In this document: positions 56,073 through 64,000 of the stretch, one piece after another | Numbering within the stretch: the first letter of the stretch is position 1 | Layout of the letters: each line of letters opens with the position of its first letter | Source of the DNA: Flavobacteriia bacterium | GTDB taxonomy: Bacteria; Bacteroidota; Bacteroidia; Flavobacteriales; Flavobacteriaceae | Direction: 5' to 3' | Assembly: GCA_013298525.1 (NCBI GenBank) | Contig: JAAFHW010000004.1 | Coordinates: 479-64,478 of the forward strand | Length of the DNA stretch: 64,000 nucleotides | Notes under the pieces: model-generated | What the model was told of the DNA's origin: nothing | Database searches by the model: none | What the model saw: only the letters and a program-made list of their open reading frames with translations | Translations under genes and position numbers: made by a program

Positions 56073-56106
56073 AAACCGCTTCTTAATTGAAGCGGTTTTT
56101 CTTTTT
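56073..56106 (+). terminator. Rho-independent terminator after mscL
   Basis: AACCGCTTC-TTAATT-GAAGCGGTT followed by TTTCTTTTT. Confidence 0.75.
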
Positions 56107-56146
56107 CAAAAAAACAACTTCAACTTCAAAAAACAACTTCAACTTT
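56107..56146. repeat. Direct tandem duplication (about 20 bp x2)
   Basis: CAAAAAAACAACTTCAACTT followed by CAAAAAACAACTTCAACTT. Confidence 0.8.
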
Positions 56147-56190
56147 AAAATTTTAATTATTAATTAATAATTTTTAATTTAATTTCTACC

Positions 56191-56198
56191 TACTTTTG
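56191..56198 (+). promoter_or_regulatory. Candidate -7 promoter box upstream of asd
   Basis: TACTTTTG lies 27 nt before the ATG. Confidence 0.3.
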
Positions 56199-56224
56199 TA
56201 CTTCCAAATTTTAAATATATTTAT

Positions 56225-57214
56225 ATGAGAGTTGCTGTAGTTGGTGCAACCGGAATGGTTGGCGAAGTAATGCTTCAAGTTTTAGCAGAGAGAAATTTTC
56301 CTGTAACTGAATTAATTCCTGTAGCCTCAGAGAAATCTGTTGGTAAGGAAATTGAATTTAAAGGAGCAAAATATAAAGTGGTTGGTTTACAAACAGCAGT
56401 CGATATGAAAGCTGATATTGCTTTATTTTCTGCTGGAGGAGAAACTTCTTTAGAATGGGCTCCAAAATTTGCCGAAGTAGGAACAACCGTAATCGACAAC
56501 TCATCAGCTTGGAGAATGGATCCAACAAAAAAATTAATAGTTCCAGAAATCAACGCTTCAGAATTAACTAAAGAAGATAAAATTATTGCTAATCCAAACT
56601 GTTCAACAATTCAAATGGTATTGGTTTTAGCGCCTTTGCATAAAAAATATAAGATTAAACGTGTTATCGTTTCTACTTATCAATCTATTACTGGAACAGG
56701 TGTAAAAGCAGTGCAGCAATTAGAAAATGAGTATGCAGGAATACAAGGTGAAATGGCTTATAAATATCCTATTCACAGAAATGCAATTCCTCAATGTGAC
56801 AGTTTTGAAGAAAATGGTTACACTAAAGAAGAAATGAAATTGGTTCGTGAAACTCAAAAAATTATTGGAGATAGAACAATTGCTGTAACGGCAACAGCTA
56901 TTCGTGTGCCAATTGTTGGTGGACATAGCGAAGCTGTAAATATTGAATTCGCAAACGATTTTAATGTAAGCGAAATCAGAGATATTCTTCATCACACTGA
57001 TGGTGTTGTAGTTCAAGACAATACAGATACTTACACTTATCCAATGCCATTATTTGCACAAGGTAAAGATGAGGTTTTTGTGGGTAGAATTCGTCGTGAT
57101 GAAAGTCAGCCAAATTCCTTAAACATGTGGATTGTAGCTGATAATTTAAGAAAAGGAGCTGCAACAAATACTATTCAAATTGCAGAATATTTAGTTGCTA
57201 ATAAATTAGTTTAA
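56225..57214 (+). CDS. asd: Aspartate-semialdehyde dehydrogenase
   Basis: VAVVGATGMVG, active-site NPNCST, 329 aa. Confidence 0.93.
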   Translation: MRVAVVGATGMVGEVMLQVLAERNFPVTELIPVASEKSVGKEIEFKGAKYKVVGLQTAVDMKADIALFSAGGETSLEWAPKFAEVGTTVIDNSSAWRMDPTKKLIVPEINASELTKEDKIIANPNCSTIQMVLVLAPLHKKYKIKRVIVSTYQSITGTGVKAVQQLENEYAGIQGEMAYKYPIHRNAIPQCDSFEENGYTKEEMKLVRETQKIIGDRTIAVTATAIRVPIVGGHSEAVNIEFANDFNVSEIRDILHHTDGVVVQDNTDTYTYPMPLFAQGKDEVFVGRIRRDESQPNSLNMWIVADNLRKGAATNTIQIAEYLVANKLV

Positions 57215-57231
57215 TTAAATTCAAGTATACT

Positions 57232-57281
57232 AACCATTTGAGTTTACAAATCTTAAAATTTGTTAATTCAAGTGGTTTTTC
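57232..57281 (+). terminator. Long hairpin plus T-run after asd
   Basis: AACCATTTGAGTT pairs with AATTCAAGTGGTT (two G-U pairs). Inner stem ACAAAT/ATTTGT. Then TTTTT. Confidence 0.5.
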
Positions 57282-57307
57282 ATTGTTACTAGTATATATT
57301 TGCCGTA

Positions 57308-57661
57308 ATGAAAGGAAAATACTCTGTAGTTAGTTTGTTTTTTGGTTTGGCAATATTGTTCGCAATATTGTTACAATCGCTGCATTCTTATCACCACATA
57401 GAAGTTGCACTTTCAGAAAAACACTGTAATCATAAATATGCAGTTAACAAAACAGAAATAAGTCATAGTCATCATGATTCTGACCATTGTTTTGTTTGTG
57501 AATTTACTTTTAGTACTTCCATAAAATCAGATTTTTATACTTTTAATTTCAAGAAAGTTGAGATTCCTGTTTCTTATTCTTATTTCTATTCTAGAGAAAT
57601 AACCCAATCCTTTAGAGGAAGTCTTTTTACGCTTCGAGCACCACCGAGTTTTATTGTTTAG
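57308..57661 (+). CDS. Small membrane-anchored His/Cys-rich protein
   Basis: N-terminal TM segment, then HSYHH, HCNH, HSHHDSDHCFVCEF, and C-terminal RAPPSF. Lies 58 nt upstream of a TonB-dependent receptor. Confidence 0.55.
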   Translation: MKGKYSVVSLFFGLAILFAILLQSLHSYHHIEVALSEKHCNHKYAVNKTEISHSHHDSDHCFVCEFTFSTSIKSDFYTFNFKKVEIPVSYSYFYSREITQSFRGSLFTLRAPPSFIV

Positions 57662-57719
57662 CCATTATTTATCCGAAAAACATTCGGATTATATTCTATT
57701 AACAATAAAATCATTTTAA

Positions 57720-59927
57720 ATGAAATCATTTTTTATAGCCCTATTTTTAGGGTGTTCTATATTTGCCAGTGCGCAAAACAAAGTCGTTGGAGTTATATCT
57801 GACAAACAAAACTTACCAATTTCTGCAGTGAACATTTCTATTCCTGAGCTTCACAAGGAAACAATATCTGATGAAAACGGAAAATATTTTTTTAGCAACT
57901 TACCCTCAGGAAATTTCAGGATTGTATTTTCATTTATTGGATATGAAACTCAGTCAAAACCATTTTCTCTCAACCAAAAAGAAATTAGAATAGATGTAAC
58001 TCTTGAGGAAACTATTCACCAAATGGATGAGGTAATTGTTTCTACAGCATTCAACAAATTACAATCTCAGAATGTAATGAAGGTTGAGCACCAATCGGTG
58101 AAATCACTTCAACAAAAAGGAACTTCTACCTTGATTGAAGGTTTGGCAACAATTCCTGGAGTTTCTCAAATCTCTACTGGAACTTCTATCGGAAAACCTG
58201 TAATTCGTGGATTAAGTGGAAATAGAGTTTTGGTTTACTCTCAAGGTGTGCGTATGGAAAACCAACAATTTGGTGAAGAACACGGATTGGGCTTGAACGA
58301 TGCTGGAGTAGAAAGTGTTGAGGTTATCAAAGGACCAGCTTCGTTGTTGTATGGTTCAGATGCTATTGGTGGCGTTTTGTATTTTAATCCAGAAAAATTT
58401 GGAAAATCAAATACCTCACAATTAAATTTTAATCAAAAATATTTTTCAAATACCAACGGAACTAATACTTCGCTTGGATATAAATTATCTGGCGACGATT
58501 TAAAATTTTCTACTCGTGTAAGTAATAATAGACATGGAGATTACAAAATTGCTGATGGTGATAAAGTAACTAATACAAGATACAACGAATTGGATTTTAA
58601 ATCAGGTTTAGGGTATTCCAATTCCAATTTCACAACAACTTTTAGATATAATTACAACAAGTTATCACTTGGAATTCCTGAAGAAGGCATTGCAGAACAA
58701 TCGAATTCAAAAAAACCAGAGTTTCCTAGACAAGGTGTTGTTAGTCAGATATTGAGTTTAAACAATACAATATTTTTCAAAAACTCTAAGTTGGATGCCG
58801 ATTTGGGTTACATCAATAACGACAGAAGTGAATATGAAGATAGTGATGTGGCAATTTTACAAATGAAATTGAAAACGTTGAATTATAATGTAAAATATTA
58901 TTTACCAAAATTCGGAAAATTTGAATCTATAATTGGAACGCAAGGAATGCATCAAACCAACAAAAATTCTGGTGAAGAATTGTTAATTCCGGATGCTTCA
59001 ACTAATGATTTTGGTGTTTTTGGAACTATAAACTATGAATGGAATAAAAATGTAATTCAAGCTGGAGTAAGATTTGACAACCGAAGTGTAGTGTCTGAAA
59101 CTAATGGAACAGAAGGTGATGAAGGTTATTTTGCCGCCATTGATAAGAAGTTTCAAAGTTTTAATTCTTCTTTAGGATTCAAAACTAACTTGAAAGAAAA
59201 CGTTATTTTAAGATTAAATGTTGCTTCTGGATTTAGAGCACCAAATCTAGCTGAATTAACTTCCAATGGTGTTCATGAAGGAAGTAATCGCTACGAAATT
59301 GGAAATTCAGAGCTAAAGAACGAGCAAAATTTTCAAACAGATTTGAATTTAGAATACAGAAATCCGCACTTTGAGTTGTTTGTAAATGGTTTTTATAATC
59401 ATATAAATAATTATATTTTTATTTCACCCAATGGAACTGTAATTGATGGGAACGATGTATATGATTATGTTCAAGCCAATGCTAATTTATTTGGTGGTGA
59501 AGCCGGAATTCATTTTCATCCGCATCCTTTAGATTGGTTGCACGTTACAAGTAGTTTTGAAAGCGTTACTGGGAAAAGACAAAATGGCGATAACTTGCCA
59601 TTGATTCCTGCTAACAGGTGGAATAATGCTTTAAGGACAGAGTTTAAATCATCCAAATATTTTAAAGATGGTTTTGCGGTTTTGAATGTTGAATATACTT
59701 TACGTCAAAATAATCCAAGTCAATTTGAAACAATGACTAATGATTATACATTATTAAATATTGGTTTTGGTGGAAAAGTCACACTAGGTAAAACCGTTTT
59801 TGATATTAATTTGAATGCAAATAATATTTTTGATAGAAATTACGTGTCTCATTTATCAAGACTAAAAACAGATGGAATTCCTAATATTGGAAGAAATATT
59901 GTTTTAGGAATTAATTTTAATATATAG
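57720..59927 (+). CDS. TonB-dependent receptor with an N-terminal carboxypeptidase-regulatory-like domain
   Basis: Signal peptide, CarbopepD_reg-like segment, plug (VEVIKGPASLLYGSDAIGGV), barrel, C-terminal ...GINFNI. Confidence 0.9.
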   Translation: MKSFFIALFLGCSIFASAQNKVVGVISDKQNLPISAVNISIPELHKETISDENGKYFFSNLPSGNFRIVFSFIGYETQSKPFSLNQKEIRIDVTLEETIHQMDEVIVSTAFNKLQSQNVMKVEHQSVKSLQQKGTSTLIEGLATIPGVSQISTGTSIGKPVIRGLSGNRVLVYSQGVRMENQQFGEEHGLGLNDAGVESVEVIKGPASLLYGSDAIGGVLYFNPEKFGKSNTSQLNFNQKYFSNTNGTNTSLGYKLSGDDLKFSTRVSNNRHGDYKIADGDKVTNTRYNELDFKSGLGYSNSNFTTTFRYNYNKLSLGIPEEGIAEQSNSKKPEFPRQGVVSQILSLNNTIFFKNSKLDADLGYINNDRSEYEDSDVAILQMKLKTLNYNVKYYLPKFGKFESIIGTQGMHQTNKNSGEELLIPDASTNDFGVFGTINYEWNKNVIQAGVRFDNRSVVSETNGTEGDEGYFAAIDKKFQSFNSSLGFKTNLKENVILRLNVASGFRAPNLAELTSNGVHEGSNRYEIGNSELKNEQNFQTDLNLEYRNPHFELFVNGFYNHINNYIFISPNGTVIDGNDVYDYVQANANLFGGEAGIHFHPHPLDWLHVTSSFESVTGKRQNGDNLPLIPANRWNNALRTEFKSSKYFKDGFAVLNVEYTLRQNNPSQFETMTNDYTLLNIGFGGKVTLGKTVFDINLNANNIFDRNYVSHLSRLKTDGIPNIGRNIVLGINFNI

Positions 59928-59932
59928 ATTTA

Positions 59933-59972
59933 TAAACCAGACAGACTTGTAAATCTGTCTGGTTTAATTTTT
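59933..59972. terminator. Bidirectional terminator between convergent genes
   Basis: AAACCAGACAGA-loop-TCTGTCTGGTTT followed by AATTTTTTT. Confidence 0.75.
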
Positions 59973-60776
59973 TTAAAATCGATTATCTCCGTCTAATAAT
60001 CTGCCAATTCCACCAAGAAGACTTCCTTCTTCTTTAGAACTTCCGCCAGCTCTAGGCGCAGAAGCGATAATTCTATCGGCAAGACGACTAAAAGGCAATG
60101 ATTGAACATAAACTGTTCCAGGTCCACGAAGTGTTGCATAAAACATTCCTTCTCCTCCGAAAATTGTATTTTTAATTCCGCTAATAAATTCAACATCGTA
60201 ATCAACATCTTTTGTAAATCCTACAATGCAACCTGTATCAACTTTTAAAACTTCTCCAGCAGCTAATTCTCTTTTTGCTAAAGTTCCACCCGAATGTACA
60301 AATGCCATTCCGTCTCCTTCTAGTTTTTGCATAATAAAACCTTCACCACCAAAAAGACCACGACCAAGTTTTTTAGAAAATTCAATTCCAACAGAAACAC
60401 CTTTTGCAGCACACAAAAAAGCATCTTTTTGACAAATGAATTTTCCTTGAAATTGTCGTAAATCTATCGGAATAATTTTTCCGGGATAAGGAGAAGCAAA
60501 ACAAACTTTACTCTTGGTATTATTCTGATTTAAATATGCCGTCATAAAAAGACTTTCGCCAGTCAAAACTCTTTTTCCTGCAGAAAGTAATTTTCCAAAA
60601 ACACCACCTTGATCTTGACCTGAACCATCGCCAAAAATGGTTTCCATCTTGATTCCGTTATCCATCATCATAAAACTTCCAGCTTCTGCAACGACAATTT
60701 CTTGAGGATCAAGTTCTATTTCTACATATTGCATTTCTTCACCAAAAATTTGGTAATCTATTTCGTGAGCTTGCAT
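59973..60776 (-). CDS. TIGR00266 / AIM24-family protein
   Basis: N-terminal HEIDYQIFGEEMQYVEIELDP...AEAGSFMMM pattern, recalled for this family. Confidence 0.75.
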   Translation of the reverse strand: MQAHEIDYQIFGEEMQYVEIELDPQEIVVAEAGSFMMMDNGIKMETIFGDGSGQDQGGVFGKLLSAGKRVLTGESLFMTAYLNQNNTKSKVCFASPYPGKIIPIDLRQFQGKFICQKDAFLCAAKGVSVGIEFSKKLGRGLFGGEGFIMQKLEGDGMAFVHSGGTLAKRELAAGEVLKVDTGCIVGFTKDVDYDVEFISGIKNTIFGGEGMFYATLRGPGTVYVQSLPFSRLADRIIASAPRAGGSSKEEGSLLGGIGRLLDGDNRF

Positions 60777-60951
60777 AATTTCAATTTTTAAGATTATTAC
60801 TATTAGATAATTATTTAAACAAAAAGTTACAATGAAGATACTAAAAACACATCAAATACAGAAATGTTTAAAAAATTAAGTTTTAAAATATTTATTATAT
60901 AAAAAATTAATTATATTTTTACCATATTACTAACCAATAAAATAAATATTT

Positions 60952-61326
60952 ATGAATTCAATGTTTACAAAAATTGTTAGAATACTGTTAGGAATTATAC
61001 TTCTAGTTTTTGGAGCTAATAAGTTTTTTGGCTTTATTCCTTTGCCAGAATTGCCTGAACAAGCAAACAATTTTATGACCTCTTTAGGTGCAACCGGTTA
61101 TGTGCTCAAAATAGTTGGAGTATTAGAAATTGTTATTGGAGCCTTGCTTCTTATGAAAAAGTGGGTTGCTTTTGCGTTAACATTATTAGCGCCAATATCG
61201 ATTAACATTCTGTTATTTCATTTGTTTTTAGATGTAACTGGGATTGGAGGAGCATTATTAGTGGCTGTTTTAAACGGTATTCTCATTTATAAATATTGGA
61301 CACATTATAAATCATTATTTCAATAA
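60952..61326 (+). CDS. DoxX-like small membrane protein
   Basis: Four hydrophobic segments, 124 aa. Confidence 0.6.
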   Translation: MNSMFTKIVRILLGIILLVFGANKFFGFIPLPELPEQANNFMTSLGATGYVLKIVGVLEIVIGALLLMKKWVAFALTLLAPISINILLFHLFLDVTGIGGALLVAVLNGILIYKYWTHYKSLFQ

Positions 61327-61329
61327 AAT

Positions 61330-61361
61330 AAAAAAGCTTCCATTTTTGGAAGCTTTTTTTT
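61330..61361. terminator. Bidirectional terminator
   Basis: AAAAAGCTTCCA-TTTT-TGGAAGCTTTTT. Confidence 0.75.
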
Positions 61362-62082
61362 AGTATTCTAGTTTACCAACATGATTCATAACTCTTACAA
61401 TTTTCCCTTTCCTTTTTTCAATGTAAGATGATGAATTCGTTGCTTTATATTTTCTAGGATTTGGTAAAATGGCTGCAATTCCAGCTGCTTGAATTTTAGT
61501 TAAGTTTTTTGCGTCAGTTCTGTACCAATGTTCGGCTGCAGCTTCTGCACCATAAACACCTTTGCCCATTTCTATTGAGTTGAGGTAAACTTCCATAATG
61601 CGTTCTTTTCCCCAGACAAGTTCAATCAAAAACGTGAAATAAGCTTCCAATCCTTTTCTGATATAACTTCTGCCTTGCCATAGAAATACATTTTTTGCGG
61701 TTTGTTGTGAAATAGTGCTTCCTCCTTTAAGTTTTTTTCCACGATTGTTGTTTTTAAAAGCTTTTTGCATCGCTTTAAAATCAAAGCCATTATGTTTTAG
61801 AAAATTACCATCTTCACTAGCGATAACTGCTTTTTGAAGATTAACAGAAATATCCTCTAAAGGAACCCAATCATGGCTACAAGTCATTTCTTGTCCATCC
61901 ATTTTTTGTTCAATTGCTCTTGTAATCATTAATGGAGTGAAAGGAACAGGAATCCATTTAAAAAGAACAACTAATAAAATGGAAATGCCAAAAAACCAAA
62001 GCATAGACTTCCAGATAAATGTCTTAAGCTTTTGAAAGAAAGTTTTGTTTGTCGATTTTGAAATATTCTTTTTTGTTGCCAT
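61360..62082 (-). CDS. mtgA: Monofunctional biosynthetic peptidoglycan transglycosylase
   Basis: GT51 motifs EDGNFLKHNGFD and GGSTISQQTAKN, single N-terminal TM segment. Confidence 0.9.
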   Translation of the reverse strand: MATKKNISKSTNKTFFQKLKTFIWKSMLWFFGISILLVVLFKWIPVPFTPLMITRAIEQKMDGQEMTCSHDWVPLEDISVNLQKAVIASEDGNFLKHNGFDFKAMQKAFKNNNRGKKLKGGSTISQQTAKNVFLWQGRSYIRKGLEAYFTFLIELVWGKERIMEVYLNSIEMGKGVYGAEAAAEHWYRTDAKNLTKIQAAGIAAILPNPRKYKATNSSSYIEKRKGKIVRVMNHVGKLEY

Positions 62083-63195
62083 TTATATTAATTCTGCTAA
62101 TTCTTGTCCTATTAAACTTCCAATTGCTACACCCATTCCACCAAGTCGAACGCCGCAATAAACATTTTCAGAGATTTGAGAAACAATTGGATTTTTATGT
62201 GAGCCAATTCCCATAATGCCACTCCAGCGATGTGCAATTTGAAATTCTTGATTGGGTAAAATTACATTTTTTAATAACTCTTCCAATCTATTTTGAATTT
62301 TTTCTGTTTGAGATAAATCAGTTGTAGTTTCTACTTCAAAATCTAAATTTCTTCCACCACCAAGTAGTATTCTATCTTCAAAATTTCTAAAATAATAATA
62401 TCCTTTGTCTAAATGAAAAGTACCACGAATGTCTAAATTTGGAATTGGTTCTGTAATTAAAACTTGTGCTCTTGCAGGTTTTACCGCATTATTTGTTAGT
62501 TGAGATGCAAAACCATTAGTAGCAAAAAGCAATTTTTTTGTTTCAAATGAGTAATCGTTTACAATAATTTCAACAGAATTATTTTTTTCAATATGTGAAG
62601 TAACTTCGGCTTGATTTAAAATTAGAATATCTTTAGAAATAGCTTCTTTAAGAAGTGCTTGCATCATATTTCCGGTATCAATCTGACCTTCATAGGGATT
62701 GAAAATAGAATATTCATGGATGTTTTGAAAATTAAATCGATCGAATTCTTTAGAAAAAACGTCTGATTTAAAAAGTGGTTTTATGATATCATTTATAAAA
62801 GGTAATTTTTGTAAACATTCATTATAAGTGTTTTCATCTTCTTTCAAAAATAATTCATAACCTCCATAAGGTTTGAAATCAATCGCTTCATCTCCAAGTC
62901 GTTTTCTTAAAATTTGCAATCCATTCCAACGTTTTTGAATCAATTGAATGACTTCTTCTTCAGAATGAGATTTTAAATCATCAATAATTTCTGACAAACT
63001 TCCAAAACAAGCAAATCCGGCGTTTTTTGTACTTGCGCCTTGAGGAAGAATTCCCTTTTCAAGTATTAAAATTTTACTTTTTGGAAATCGTTCACGAAGA
63101 TTTAAAGCGCAATGTAAACCTACAATTCCACTGCCTACGATAGTAAAATCTACCTTTGAAAACCAATTTTTTATTTCCCAATAACTTAAATGCAT
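62083..63195 (-). CDS. FAD-dependent oxidoreductase (DAO family)
   Basis: Dinucleotide motif DFTIVGSGIVGLHCA. The start is uncertain (ATG at 63195 or 63237). Confidence 0.75.
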   Translation of the reverse strand: MHLSYWEIKNWFSKVDFTIVGSGIVGLHCALNLRERFPKSKILILEKGILPQGASTKNAGFACFGSLSEIIDDLKSHSEEEVIQLIQKRWNGLQILRKRLGDEAIDFKPYGGYELFLKEDENTYNECLQKLPFINDIIKPLFKSDVFSKEFDRFNFQNIHEYSIFNPYEGQIDTGNMMQALLKEAISKDILILNQAEVTSHIEKNNSVEIIVNDYSFETKKLLFATNGFASQLTNNAVKPARAQVLITEPIPNLDIRGTFHLDKGYYYFRNFEDRILLGGGRNLDFEVETTTDLSQTEKIQNRLEELLKNVILPNQEFQIAHRWSGIMGIGSHKNPIVSQISENVYCGVRLGGMGVAIGSLIGQELAELI

Positions 63196-63398
63196 CGAAT
63201 ATTTTTTATAAAAATAATAATTTTTTAGAATTTTCATTTGAATTCGAATAATTTTATAAATTGTAAGAATAGTTGTGAATTTTATAAATTAAGAACATGC
63301 ACTTCATCGATTTGTTAATAACTTTTATAGAAACATGAAAATATGACAAAATTCTTGATAATTTTGATATTCTATTTTTTAACCAAAAACTAAATATT

Positions 63399-64000
63399 AT
63401 GAAGTTAAAGTTACTTCCTGTGGCATTATTAGCGATGACGAGTTTCGCTTTTGCTCAACAAAAAGGTTCATTTTGGAAAGCTTCTACTAACAAGAATGTA
63501 CCACTTCTTGAAAGTAGAATGCAATTACCAGAAAAAAATCTTTTAGATTTAGACGTGGACGCAATGAAAACTACGCTTTCAAGTTCACCAAAAAGAGATT
63601 TATCTTTAAAGTCTGCTGTGATTGTTTCCTTACCAAACGCTGATGGTGAAATGGAACAATTTAGAATTTATGAAAATTCCAACATGGATCCTGCTTTAGC
63701 AGCTAGATATCCAGAAATTAAATCTTACATTGGTGTTGGAATTAACAATCCTACTTTGACTGCTTATTTCAGTATGTCACCACTTGGATTTAAATCTATG
63801 GTTCTTGGAGCGGATAGATCTGCTGTTTTTATTGAGCCATTTTCTCAGGATTTAAAAACATATTCTATTTATAAGAAATTAGATAAAGCACAATCATTTT
63901 CACCTTTTGAATGTAGCGTTGTGGAAGAAGCATCTTCAAGTATTGATGGTTTAGCTTTACGTCCAAATGCAGATGATTCAACTTTAAGAACATTTCGTTT
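63399..64000 (+). CDS. Secreted protein, probably the N-terminal propeptide region of a reprolysin-like zinc metalloprotease; 3' end outside window
   Basis: ATG at 63399, signal peptide MKLKLLPVALLAMTSFAFAQ, frame open to the window end. FRIYENSNMDPALAARYPEIKSYIGVG resembles Flavobacteriia metalloprotease N-termini from memory. No catalytic motif lies in the window. Confidence 0.5.
   Translation, partial: MKLKLLPVALLAMTSFAFAQQKGSFWKASTNKNVPLLESRMQLPEKNLLDLDVDAMKTTLSSSPKRDLSLKSAVIVSLPNADGEMEQFRIYENSNMDPALAARYPEIKSYIGVGINNPTLTAYFSMSPLGFKSMVLGADRSAVFIEPFSQDLKTYSIYKKLDKAQSFSPFECSVVEEASSSIDGLALRPNADDSTLRTFR

Overview
AT-rich segment (roughly one-third G+C by eye) that looks like core chromosome of a Flavobacteriia-type Bacteroidota genome. 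Supporting signs are T9SS C-terminal sorting domains, a MurF-Alr fusion, TAnnTTTG promoter-like boxes and no Shine-Dalgarno sequences. I can support about 60 protein genes and one tRNA-Ala(GGC). I saw no rRNA, CRISPR array, transposase, integrase or recognisable defence island. Most genes are housekeeping: RNase G (partial), TadA, Dxs, dGTPase, NrdAB, aspartate kinase, FBPase, dCMP deaminase, Ctp, QueD, LpxH, RecJ, RsmI, Tdk, MurF-Alr, MscL, Asd and MtgA. Envelope and secreted content includes an alpha-2-macroglobulin/PBP1C pair, two T9SS metalloproteases, an LRR T9SS protein, a TonB-dependent receptor, a 1133-aa orphan outer-membrane protein, a secreted lysine-rich repeat protein, and a TlpA/Omp28-like/beta-barrel cluster. 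The best candidate for an undescribed system is a translationally coupled four-gene cytoplasmic module at 30825-33985. It encodes a coiled-coil protein, a protein with a Roadblock/LC7-like C-terminus, a Ras/Rab-like small GTPase with non-canonical catalytic positions, and a soluble hybrid histidine kinase. It resembles MglA/MglB systems and actinobacterial conservons, but its composition differs. Other items worth a second look are an outer-membrane beta-barrel gene split at a T5 run, several families of short intergenic repeats and hairpins, heptamer/nonamer repeats just upstream of start codons, and a His/Cys-rich small protein in front of a TonB-dependent receptor. All domain calls rest on motif recognition in the supplied translations; no database search was run.
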